Shown one piece after another: positions 55,385 to 64,000 of a stretch of 64,000 nucleotides of DNA. A program made the translations under genes and the position numbers. This stretch comes from Candidatus Poribacteria bacterium. GTDB lineage: Bacteria; Poribacteria; WGA-4E; WGA-3G. Positions within the stretch are counted from its first letter, which is position 1. Each line of letters starts with the position of its first letter. The stretch spans positions 46,042 to 110,041 of the forward strand of contig CAXXUA010000003.1 of NCBI GenBank assembly GCA_963663765.2, in the 5' to 3' direction. The notes beneath the pieces were generated by a model that saw only the letters and a program-made list of their open reading frames with translations, searched no databases and was not told the origin of the DNA.

Positions 55385-57286
55385 ATGTTTGAACTTAAAA
55401 ACAGAACCATATTATTCGTGGGTCTACTGATTCTTCTAAACAGCATGGCTTGTCAACAGAACCCGCGACTTCCAGAACCGTTGGAAACCAATTATGATCC
55501 CTCTACCCAACTCAGTTTACCAGAGGGTGCCAAGGCACGTATCGGCAAAGGTACAATACAAGGAATTGAATATTCCGCGGATGGAACTCGACTCGCTGTG
55601 TTTAGTTCTATCGGAATCTGGATTTACGATGCTAAGACACTTCAAGAACTGTCACTACTTACGGTACATACGGATTACGTTTATAGTGGAAGCATTTCGT
55701 CAGACGGCACCAGAGTTGCAGCTGGTTCTCTTAAGGGTTCAGTCCATTTATGGAACACTAATACCAGTGAACGCTTATACACTTTGAATGAACATACCTT
55801 AACGGTGGATGCCATCAGTTTCTCTCCAGATGGAACGATACTTGCCACTGGGGGTTATGATGGAAAGTTGCATTTGTGGCGGACTGCCACAGGTGAACAT
55901 CTAAAAGGATCAACAAAACACACGAAACCTATTACTCACATTAGGTTTTCGTCAGATGGTAAAATGCTTGCTACCGCTACTGAGAGTGAAAAAAACAAAA
56001 AAGGTGGCACAGTATATTTGTATGATGTACAAACAGGCGCGACTCTAAAAACACTTAATGGACATGATGACGACGTTAACAGCATTGATATTTCACCAGA
56101 TGGTAAAACACTGGCAAGTTGCAGTAAAGATGAGACCGTTCGTTTGTGGAATATTACCAATGGAAATAACATAAAAACATTATCAGGACATAATACTTGG
56201 GTCAAAAGTGTGCGTTTTTCTCCAGATGGTGAAACCCTTGCAAGTCAATCTTTTTCCGGCAAAATACTCTTGTGGAATGCTTCCACGGGCAAAAGGCTGA
56301 GTACACTTGACGACGATATTTTTCACTATGGAAAAGGAATATCTTTTTTACCTGATGCAGTAACAATTGCCAGTGCCAATCATAAGGACATTAATTTTTG
56401 GGACATTGAGTCAAGCAAACTCCTAAAGACACTTAGAGGGTATACGACTTGGATTGAAAGTGTGGACTTTTCTCCGGATGGCAAAAAAATCGCAACCGGC
56501 AGCGACGACAGACGGGTACGTTTGTGGGATGCTACAACTTGTAGACTGCTTACTATCTTTGATCAACATACATCCAGAGTCAAAAGTGTGTGTTTTTCAC
56601 CGGATGGCAACACAATCGTAAGCGGCAGTGAAGACAAAACAGTACGTTTGTGGCATGCAACGACCGGTAAACTTTTGAGAACACTTAAAGGGCATACAGG
56701 AATTGTCTTGAACGTTGATTTCTCACCAGATGGACGAAAGATTGCAAGCTGCGGGTGGGACACAACAGTACGTTTGTGGGATGCAAATACCGGTAATCAC
56801 CTTAGAACTCTACAGCATGACAAAATCGTCAATACCGTGTGTTTTTCACCAGACAGTCGAAAAATCGTAACTGACACTAACAAACTGCACTTATGGAGAG
56901 TTGCTACTGGTAGACGTTCAAGAATCATCGCAGACAATCTGGGATATGGTGTGAGTTTTGCGCCCAATAGCAAGCAATTCATAACTGGTGGACACAACAA
57001 AGTATATTTGTTCCCCGTTTCAAGGCTCGGATTCCGCAAAGAGTTTACAGGAAACACAGGCGGTTGGGTCAAAAACGTCAGTTTCAGTCCAGATGGACAC
57101 ACAATCGCAAGCGCAAATAAAAACGGAACAATTACTATATGGAATATCTCAACGAGTGAAGCATTACGGAATTTGACAGGGCATGGTTCTGCCGTCAATG
57201 AAGTTGCTTTTAGTCCGGATGGACGCACAATCGCAAGTGCAAGTAGTGATGGGACAGTGCTTTTGTGGGATGTTCCACTACAATAG
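55385..57286 (+). CDS. secreted/lipoprotein WD40-repeat protein (paralog of 13627..15543)
   Basis: Signal peptide with Cys (LLILLNSMAC). It shares the block LPEGAKARIGKGTIQGIEYSADG..GIWIYDA with the other WD40 gene. About 13 WD40 units. Confidence 0.85.
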   Translation: MFELKNRTILFVGLLILLNSMACQQNPRLPEPLETNYDPSTQLSLPEGAKARIGKGTIQGIEYSADGTRLAVFSSIGIWIYDAKTLQELSLLTVHTDYVYSGSISSDGTRVAAGSLKGSVHLWNTNTSERLYTLNEHTLTVDAISFSPDGTILATGGYDGKLHLWRTATGEHLKGSTKHTKPITHIRFSSDGKMLATATESEKNKKGGTVYLYDVQTGATLKTLNGHDDDVNSIDISPDGKTLASCSKDETVRLWNITNGNNIKTLSGHNTWVKSVRFSPDGETLASQSFSGKILLWNASTGKRLSTLDDDIFHYGKGISFLPDAVTIASANHKDINFWDIESSKLLKTLRGYTTWIESVDFSPDGKKIATGSDDRRVRLWDATTCRLLTIFDQHTSRVKSVCFSPDGNTIVSGSEDKTVRLWHATTGKLLRTLKGHTGIVLNVDFSPDGRKIASCGWDTTVRLWDANTGNHLRTLQHDKIVNTVCFSPDSRKIVTDTNKLHLWRVATGRRSRIIADNLGYGVSFAPNSKQFITGGHNKVYLFPVSRLGFRKEFTGNTGGWVKNVSFSPDGHTIASANKNGTITIWNISTSEALRNLTGHGSAVNEVAFSPDGRTIASASSDGTVLLWDVPLQ

Positions 57287-57460
57287 ATTATTGGAAGGAC
57301 AGTTTAGCTAGAGAAAACTGATTTCTTGCTAAGTGTGCAACTTAACCTTGAAATCTACAAGATATAAAGAATCCTGTAGTACATAATCCGCGTAATAGTA
57401 AAATCCATAATTACTTGGATACGACGGTAGGTTCGGTTAGAAAACCGCACCATAAGCGTC

Positions 57461-58958
57461 AATTTAAGAGTTTTGACCTTTTGTGGGAGGGGTTTTCAAC
57501 CTTGATTTATAGTAAAATATACAAATAAGTTGACATATCTTCTGTAGGAGCGATCTCCGAATCGCGACTGAACGCCTTGATAGTCGGGAATCGGAGTTCC
57601 CTCCTACAAACAAACTGTCAAGGTAATTGTAAAATCCAATATAAGAGAAAATGTACGTAGAATCGGGGTTGAAAACCCATCCCACAAGAGAAACACGAAC
57701 ACTTTTTTCTTATAGTGAAATATACAATTAAGTTGACATATCTTCTGTAGGAGCGATCTCCGAATCGCGACTGAACGCCTTGATAGTCGGGAATCGGAGT
57801 TCCCTCCTACAAACAAACTGTCAAGGTAATTGTAAAATCCAATATAAGAGAAAATGTACGTAGAATCGGGGTTGAAAACCCATCCCACAAGAGAAACACG
57901 AACACTTTTTTCTTATAGTGAAATATACAATTAAGTTTACACTTTTTCTGTAGGCGGGGAATGCCAATAGGCATTCATACCGTTGATTTCGATCTCCGAA
58001 TCGCGACTGAACGCCTTGATAGTCGGGAATCGGAATTCCCTCCTACAAACAAACTGTCAAGGTAATTGTAAAATCCAATATAAGAGAAAATGTACGTAGA
58101 ATCGGGGTTGAAAACCCATCCCACAAGAGAAACACGAACACTTTTTTCTTATAGTGAAATATACAATTAAGTTTACACTTTTTCTGTAGGAGCGATCTCC
58201 GAATCGCGACTGAACGCCTTGATAGTCGGGAATCGGAATTCCTTCCTACAAACAAACTGTCAAGGTAATTGTAAAATGCACTATAAGAGAAAATGTACGT
58301 AGAATCGGGGTTGAAAACCCCTCCCACAAGAGAAACACGAACACTTTTTTCTTATAGTGAAATATACAATTAAGTTTACACTTTTTCTGTAGGCGGGGAA
58401 TGCCAATAGGCATTCATACCGTTGATTTCGATCTCCGAATCGCGACTGAACGCCTTGATAGTCGGGAATCGGAGTTCCCTCCTACAAACAAACTGTCAAG
58501 GTAATTGTAAAATCCACTATAAGAGAAAATGTATGTAGAATCGGGGTTGAAAACCCCTCCCACAAGAGAAACACGAACACTTTTTTCTTATAGTGAAATA
58601 TACAAATAAGTTTACACTTTTTCTGTAGGCGGGGAATGCCAATAGGCATTCATACCGTTGATTTCGATCTCCGAATCGCGACTGAACGCCTTGATAGTCG
58701 GGAATCGGAGTTCCCTCCTACAAATAAACTGTCAAGGTAATTGTAAAATCCACTATAAGAGAAAATGTACGTAGAATCGGGGTTGAAAACCCCTCCCACA
58801 AGAGAAACACGAACACTTTTTTCTTATAGTGAAATATACAAATAAGTTTACACTTTTTCTGTAGGCGGGGAATGCCAATAGGCATTCATACCGTTGATTT
58901 CGATCTCCGAATCGCGACTGAACGCCTTGATAGTCGGGAATCGGAGTTCCCTCCTACA
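57461..58958. repeat. higher-order tandem array, 7 units of 203 or 236 bp
   Basis: The unit marker ctgtagg occurs at 57542, 57745, 57948, 58184, 58387, 58623 and 58859. The 236-bp units carry an extra hairpin module cggggaatgccaataggcattcataccgttgattt. Confidence 0.9.
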
Positions 58959-59086
58959 CCTGAAAGTGTAAGAATAATTCTAAAATCTACTATAAATTGA
59001 CGCCTATAGTTCGGTTAGAAAACCGCACCTACCAGGGAGTGTAGACATATTTTGGATTTCACTATAATATACAGGAGAATTGACTC

Positions 59087-59338
59087 ATGAAATTTGATGA
59101 ACAAAAAAACGCAACATTAGACGGTCTCATTACATGCGATGCAGAGATTATGAGTGGCACACCCGTTTTTAAAAACACCCGTGTTCCGGTAAAAAACCTG
59201 ATTGACTATTTAGAGACTGGAGAAACACTTGATGAGTTTTTAGATGATTTTCCATCTGTCAACCGAGATCAAGTAGTCAAAATCTTGGAACTTGCCAAAG
59301 AAATGCTCCTAACACACGCTTATGCAAATTCTCATTGA
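59087..59338 (+). CDS. DUF433 domain protein (antitoxin-like HTH), orphan
   Basis: ITCDAEIMSGTPVFKNTRVPVKNLIDYLETGETLDEFLDDFPSV matches the DUF433 pattern. No DUF5615/PIN-like partner follows. Confidence 0.7.
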   Translation: MKFDEQKNATLDGLITCDAEIMSGTPVFKNTRVPVKNLIDYLETGETLDEFLDDFPSVNRDQVVKILELAKEMLLTHAYANSH

Positions 59339-59350
59339 GGAATTCAACTT

Positions 59351-60301
59351 ATGCCAAGAGCCTTATGTATCGGTGAACTGCTCATCGATTTTGTATCAAC
59401 GACACCTGATCTCACTCTTGCCGACGCCCCTGGATTTGTCAAAGCCCCTGGCGGCGCACCTGCTAACGTCGCTGTCGGTTTAGCCAAACTTGGTGTGGAT
59501 GCGGGTTTCATCGGGAAAGTCGGAGCAGACCCGTTTGGTGATTTTCTGACTGAAACACTCCAGCAAAACAGTGTGGATACCACATATCTCATTGCAGGAG
59601 AAACATCCCGTACCACCTTAGCCTTCGTCGCAACCCGTTCTGATGGCATGAAAGACATTACGTTCTATAGACACCCAGGTGCTGACATCCAACTCTCCCC
59701 CGATGAGATTGATACGAACTATATCCAATCAGCAGAACTGTTTCACTACGGTTCTGTTAGCCTCAGCCATTCACCGACGCGTGAGGCAACCCTGAAGGCA
59801 ATCCAATGTGCGAAATCTGCAGGTGCATTCATCTCCTACGACCCCAATTTGCGACTGATGCTATGGGACAATGCCGATGATGCCAAGCATTGGATTTGGG
59901 AGGTGATGCCTTATGCCGATGTTGTCAAAATCTCAGAGGAAGAGTGGGAATTCATTACAGGGGATGTAGAATTACAACGCGGTATTGAACAGATTCTCGG
60001 TCTCGGAGTGAAGTTGCTTGTTGTGACATTAGGCGAACGTGGCTGTTATTACACAAACGGAAACGCTGATGGATATGTTGAAGGTTTCACCGTCAAAGCC
60101 GTTGATACACTCGGTGCTGGTGATGCATTCGTCGCTGCAATGCTCTCCCGACTGATAACGCATACTGACCTTACTTCACTTAACACCGACCAACTTGATG
60201 GTATTATGCGATATGCAAATACGGCGGGAGCATTGGCAACTCAAAAGGTGGGTGTGATTCCCTCTTTACCAACCCCACAAGAAATCGAACATTTTCTTTG
60301 A
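59351..60301 (+). CDS. PfkB-family sugar kinase (fructokinase-like)
   Basis: GGAPANVAVGLAKLG near the N-terminus and the PfkB signature DTLGAGDAF near the C-terminus. Confidence 0.8.
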   Translation: MPRALCIGELLIDFVSTTPDLTLADAPGFVKAPGGAPANVAVGLAKLGVDAGFIGKVGADPFGDFLTETLQQNSVDTTYLIAGETSRTTLAFVATRSDGMKDITFYRHPGADIQLSPDEIDTNYIQSAELFHYGSVSLSHSPTREATLKAIQCAKSAGAFISYDPNLRLMLWDNADDAKHWIWEVMPYADVVKISEEEWEFITGDVELQRGIEQILGLGVKLLVVTLGERGCYYTNGNADGYVEGFTVKAVDTLGAGDAFVAAMLSRLITHTDLTSLNTDQLDGIMRYANTAGALATQKVGVIPSLPTPQEIEHFL

Positions 60302-60340
60302 TTATCTATTTGCAGGTAGCGTAAAAAACAACTCGTATGA

Positions 60341-61114
60341 TCAAGGGAAATCTATTTGTAAACTCTGATTTCGTTCCAAAAGTCTTTGAAGCACTCCCAT
60401 ATCCTGAATTAGATTTTCTTTGATATGTAAATGCATTAAACCCGTTAGATTCGCTATAGGATCAATGTTTCTGATCTGATTCTTATCCAATGCTAAATGT
60501 GTCAATCCTGCCAAACCAGCAAGAGGAGAAAGAACAGATATTCGATTTCCGCTAAGCCATAAGTGCGTGAGACGTTTCAAATTAGAAAGTGGTTTGACAT
60601 CACTGAGTTGATTCCGTCTGACGTTTAGCAACTGCATCTGAGTCAAGTTAGCAAGCGGCGAAATATCACTAAGTTGATTGTCCCAGAGTCCTAATTCTGT
60701 GAGTTGTGTTAACCCTGCCAGCGGCGTAATGTCACTGATTTGATTTTTGCCGAGTCCTAATTTCGTGAGTTGTTTTAAATTGGCAAGTGATGTAATATCC
60801 CTGACGTTATTGTCCCAGAACTCTAAGTATGTGAGTTGTGTCAATCCACTAATAGGTGTGATGTCGTCAATCTGATTCTTCTCAAGTTCTAAAACTTTTA
60901 AAGCTGTTGCCTTCTCCAGTCCTGTTAGGTCTTTTATACCTTTTTCTTCAGCATGGAGTTTCTCTAATTCTACCAATTTCCTTTGTGGAACAAGATCACT
61001 TACACCTAACCCCAGTGCATCTTTCACAGCAGCTAATAAGTTGGGATCTGGTATTGTTACAGATGTACTCGCCATAGCGTGATATTCCTTTACTCTAGTT
61101 TGGACAATTTTCAT
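60341..61114 (-). CDS. LRR protein without an obvious signal peptide
   Basis: Cap IPDPNLLAAVKDALGLG, 22-aa NQISDITPL repeats and the C-terminal cap NLIQDMGVLQRLLERNQSL. The start may be the ATG at 61075 (MASTSV...). Confidence 0.8.
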   Translation of the reverse strand: MKIVQTRVKEYHAMASTSVTIPDPNLLAAVKDALGLGVSDLVPQRKLVELEKLHAEEKGIKDLTGLEKATALKVLELEKNQIDDITPISGLTQLTYLEFWDNNVRDITSLANLKQLTKLGLGKNQISDITPLAGLTQLTELGLWDNQLSDISPLANLTQMQLLNVRRNQLSDVKPLSNLKRLTHLWLSGNRISVLSPLAGLAGLTHLALDKNQIRNIDPIANLTGLMHLHIKENLIQDMGVLQRLLERNQSLQIDFP

Positions 61115-61274
61115 CTTGTAGAAGTTGATTATTCAACAGAACGTCTATTTTTCTACGTGTTTCGTATATTTGTGAAACTGGAGAAAATGATGTGCTCCAG
61201 CGGAGTGCTATGTTGGCTGACAATGTGACTATAAACATATTGCTCCGCTGCAGCAAAGAAAGTTCCGTTTTGGT

Positions 61275-61916
61275 CAGGGTTATTCAGTTTTAAAAGCTTT
61301 CTGTTATTTCGATTTACTGAAAGTTAATACCCAAATGCAGTTTCCTAACTGCACCTTATACATCAATTTTAGATTATTGAAACCTGAACATCGCTCTTTA
61401 GTCCCGACAAATGCCATACGGGGAATGCCTTAATGGCATTCATACCGTTGATTTGGCCCATTTGGCGTTGATTTGGTAGGGACGATATGTTTATAGAAAA
61501 AGAGTGACCTTCCCAGCTCTTTAGTCCCGTAGGGACGATATGTTTATAGAAAACGAGTGACCTTCCCAGCTCTTTAGTCTCGTAGGGACGATATGTTTAT
61601 AGAAAACGAGTGACCTTCCCAGCTCTTTAGTCCCGTAGGGACGATATGTTTATAGAAAACGAGTGACCTTCCCAGCTCTTTAGTCCCGTAGGGACGATAT
61701 GTTTATAGAAAACGAGTGACCTTCCCATGTCTTTAGTCCCGTAGGGACGATATGTTTATTCTTATATGCCGTTCCTACGGAACTCAAGAGGAGTAGATAA
61801 CATTTATCTATAAACATATCGTCCCTACGGGACTAAAGACATGGACAAGATGGCAACACATAAAATTAACGTTATAGCAAATAATCATCAAAAAAACCTA
61901 AAACTAAATAACCCTG
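61275..61916. mobile_element. MITE family B, long copy with an internal 53-bp x5 tandem array (61478-61760)
   Basis: TIRs cagggttattcagtttt (61275) and aaaactaaataaccctg (ending at 61916). Flanking 9-mers cgttttggt / agttttggt match at 8 of 9. Internal unit starts at 61519, 61572, 61625, 61678 and 61731. Confidence 0.85.
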
Positions 61917-62030
61917 AGTTTTGGTCATTATGTCTTGATTTGGTAACATAAGCGGTGCACCAATTTCTTATCAAAACATGTTGGAAAAAAATTGTCCAAC
62001 TATAGTCTTCCTTTAGAGTGGAGGAGTATT

Positions 62031-62978
62031 TTAGTTTCCTGCTGGTTGTATTTCAATATCAATTGCCAATTTCGGTAGTTGTTCCTTGAGTTTTCGGAGT
62101 GGTTCCATATCCTGAATTGAATTACCCGTGAGGTATAATTCCTTTAACTGTGTTAGATTAACGAGCGGGTTCATGTCACTGATCTGATTTCTGTTTAGGG
62201 ATAACACTTCCAATTGCGTCAAATTCGTGAGTGATTGTATGTCGCTAATTTGATTATCAGACAAGTATAACGTTGTCAACTGTGACAAGTTAGCAAGTGG
62301 TTTTATATCACTAACTTGATTCAACTCAATTCCTAATCTTGCCAGCTGTGTCAAATCAGTAAGGGTGTTTAAATCACTGATCTTGTTTTTATCCAACCAT
62401 AACAACTCCAGCTGCGTCAAGTTAGCAAGCGGTTTTATGTCGATGATTTTATTATCAGATAGGTATAAATTAGTCAACTGTGTCAAGTTAGCAAGCGGTT
62501 TTATATCACTGATTTTGTTTTTGTCCAACCATAACGTTGTCAACTGTGTCAAGTTAGTGAGTGGTTTTATATCGCTGATTTTATTCGCAACGATGTCTAA
62601 ATCTGTTAACTGCGTCAAACCTGTCAGAGGTGTTATATCACTAATCTGATTATCCCCAAGGTATAAGTTTGTCAATTGGTTTAGTTCTGTGAGAGGTGCC
62701 AGGTCCTCAATCTGATTCTTGCGAAGTTCTAAAGTCGTTAGTCCTATCGCCTTTTCTATACCCATTAAGTCCTTTATACCTTTACTGTCAGCACTAAGCT
62801 TCTCTAATGCTTGAAATTTCTTTTGTGAAATAGGCTCGGTTGGATCTAAACCGAGTGCTTCACGTACAACAGCGGCTAAGTTTTCATCTGGAATTGTCAC
62901 TTCTGGTCCGGCTGAGCAACTGAGGAAAATAACTAATACTACAAACAGGCTGAAAATGCGTTTCATAATCTTTACCAA
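62031..62978 (-). CDS. LRR surface lipoprotein
   Basis: Signal peptide with Cys (VIFLSC), cap IPDENLAAVVREALGLD, 22-aa repeats and the C-terminal cap NSIQDMEPLRKLKEQLPKL. Confidence 0.85.
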   Translation of the reverse strand: MVKIMKRIFSLFVVLVIFLSCSAGPEVTIPDENLAAVVREALGLDPTEPISQKKFQALEKLSADSKGIKDLMGIEKAIGLTTLELRKNQIEDLAPLTELNQLTNLYLGDNQISDITPLTGLTQLTDLDIVANKISDIKPLTNLTQLTTLWLDKNKISDIKPLANLTQLTNLYLSDNKIIDIKPLANLTQLELLWLDKNKISDLNTLTDLTQLARLGIELNQVSDIKPLANLSQLTTLYLSDNQISDIQSLTNLTQLEVLSLNRNQISDMNPLVNLTQLKELYLTGNSIQDMEPLRKLKEQLPKLAIDIEIQPAGN

Positions 62979-63012
62979 ATGGGCGCGAACTGCTGGACGC
63001 GCCCTCCTTTTA

Positions 63013-64000
63013 TTATCCCTTATTCAAGACTTCGTCTAGATTGAGGATAAGGTTTGCAATCATCGTCCATGTAGCAACTTCAACTGCATCTAATTTTTGG
63101 TTCGGTTTAGATTCACCGACAGCGATCAGTTCTTTGGCTGCCTCTGGGTCCGCTTGCATCTCTTCTGCGTGTGCCAGCATTGTTTCAAGGAGCAGTTTTG
63201 CTTCCAAAGGTTTCGGTTCGCGTGCAGTTGCTATCTCAAAGATGTAAGCAATTCTTTCCTCAGGTGTGTTGCCACCTTCTTTGATCGTGCGTTCTGCGAA
63301 AACGCGCGCCGCTTCAAAGAACTGCGGATCGTTCATCAACATCAATGCCTGCATCGGTGTATTGGTCCGTTCACGACGAATTGTGCATGCTTCACGTGAA
63401 GGCGCATCCAAGATGTTCATCTGCGGCGGAGGTGCCGTTCGTTTCCAAAATGTATAAAGACTTCTACGGTATACCTTATCAGCACCAGAATCTTTCCTAA
63501 AGGTATCAGTATTGGATCCAGTAAATCCAACGGCTTTCCAGAGTCCACCCGGTTGCGGCGGTTTGACACTCGGTCCACCGATACGTTTATACAACAACCC
63601 ACTAACAGCCAAAGCGTTATCGCGCACGATTTCGGCATCTAACCGATACCTTGGTGCGCGTGAGAATAGCATGTTATCCGCATCACGTTCCAATTTCTCA
63701 GATGTAACCCGTGAACTCTGCATATATGTTGCGGAGGTTAGCATCAGTTTCTGCATTGCTTGCATGTCCCAACCAGAGTCAACAAATTCAGTTGCAAGCC
63801 AATCCAGGAGTTCTGGATGTGTAGGTGGACTGCCTTGTGTCCCGAAGTCCTCTGATGTCCTCACAATTCCAGCCCCGAATACGTTTTGCCATAGACGGTT
63901 GACCGTAACACGTGAAGTGAGTGGATGTTTTCGTGAAACCAACCATTTTGCAAGTGTCAACCGATTCGGTGGTGAACCCTTCACAATCGGTGGTAGTACT
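63013..64000 (-). CDS. DUF1553 (PSD1) domain protein, C-terminal part (5' end beyond the window)
   Basis: The conserved C-terminal blocks DAPSREACTIRRERTNTPMQALMLMNDPQFFEAARVFAER are typical of DUF1549/DUF1553 proteins, which normally partner DUF1501. The reading frame stays open to the window edge. Confidence 0.8.
   Translation of the reverse strand, partial: VLPPIVKGSPPNRLTLAKWLVSRKHPLTSRVTVNRLWQNVFGAGIVRTSEDFGTQGSPPTHPELLDWLATEFVDSGWDMQAMQKLMLTSATYMQSSRVTSEKLERDADNMLFSRAPRYRLDAEIVRDNALAVSGLLYKRIGGPSVKPPQPGGLWKAVGFTGSNTDTFRKDSGADKVYRRSLYTFWKRTAPPPQMNILDAPSREACTIRRERTNTPMQALMLMNDPQFFEAARVFAERTIKEGGNTPEERIAYIFEIATAREPKPLEAKLLLETMLAHAEEMQADPEAAKELIAVGESKPNQKLDAVEVATWTMIANLILNLDEVLNKG

Overview
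Bacterial chromosomal window of roughly 40% GC by eye, with about 40 protein genes. I found no rRNA, tRNA, cas genes or true CRISPR array. Three things stand out.

(1) Gene content. It is rich in eukaryote-like repeat proteins: seven leucine-rich-repeat (LRR) genes or fragments, two WD40 proteins and one TPR-metzincin. It also carries sulfatase, alkaline-phosphatase-family, DUF1501 (x2), DUF1553, PhyH and Gfo/Idh/MocA genes, a TonB-dependent receptor, and a T9SS-type C-terminal sorting domain. This profile fits a PVC/FCB-type candidate-phylum symbiont such as Poribacteria, but that placement is inference only.

(2) Repeats. About 11 kb (~18%) of the window is non-coding and almost entirely built from nested, modular hairpin repeats. 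Nearly all of these hairpins carry a 5' GTAG(G) head, as REP/REPIN/BIME elements do. They are arranged in 32-, 40-, 49-, 53-, 136-, 203/236- and ~590-bp tandem or higher-order arrays. Two MITE families are also present, one with clear 9-bp target-site duplications.

(3) Mobile/defence island at 42.27-49.93 kb. It contains:
- an IS982-like element;
- a Cre-like tyrosine recombinase with an overlapping small ORF and a divergent RHH gene;
- a Dam-type type II restriction-modification (R-M) pair;
- two paralogous promoter-driven structured-RNA candidates flanking a small membrane ORF;
- a solo IS605-type tnpB that is inactivated, or recoded, by a single in-frame TGA at a conserved Trp codon.

An IS630 element lies at 26.8-28.0 kb. 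All coordinates and calls come from reading the sequence and the ORF track; no database search was run.
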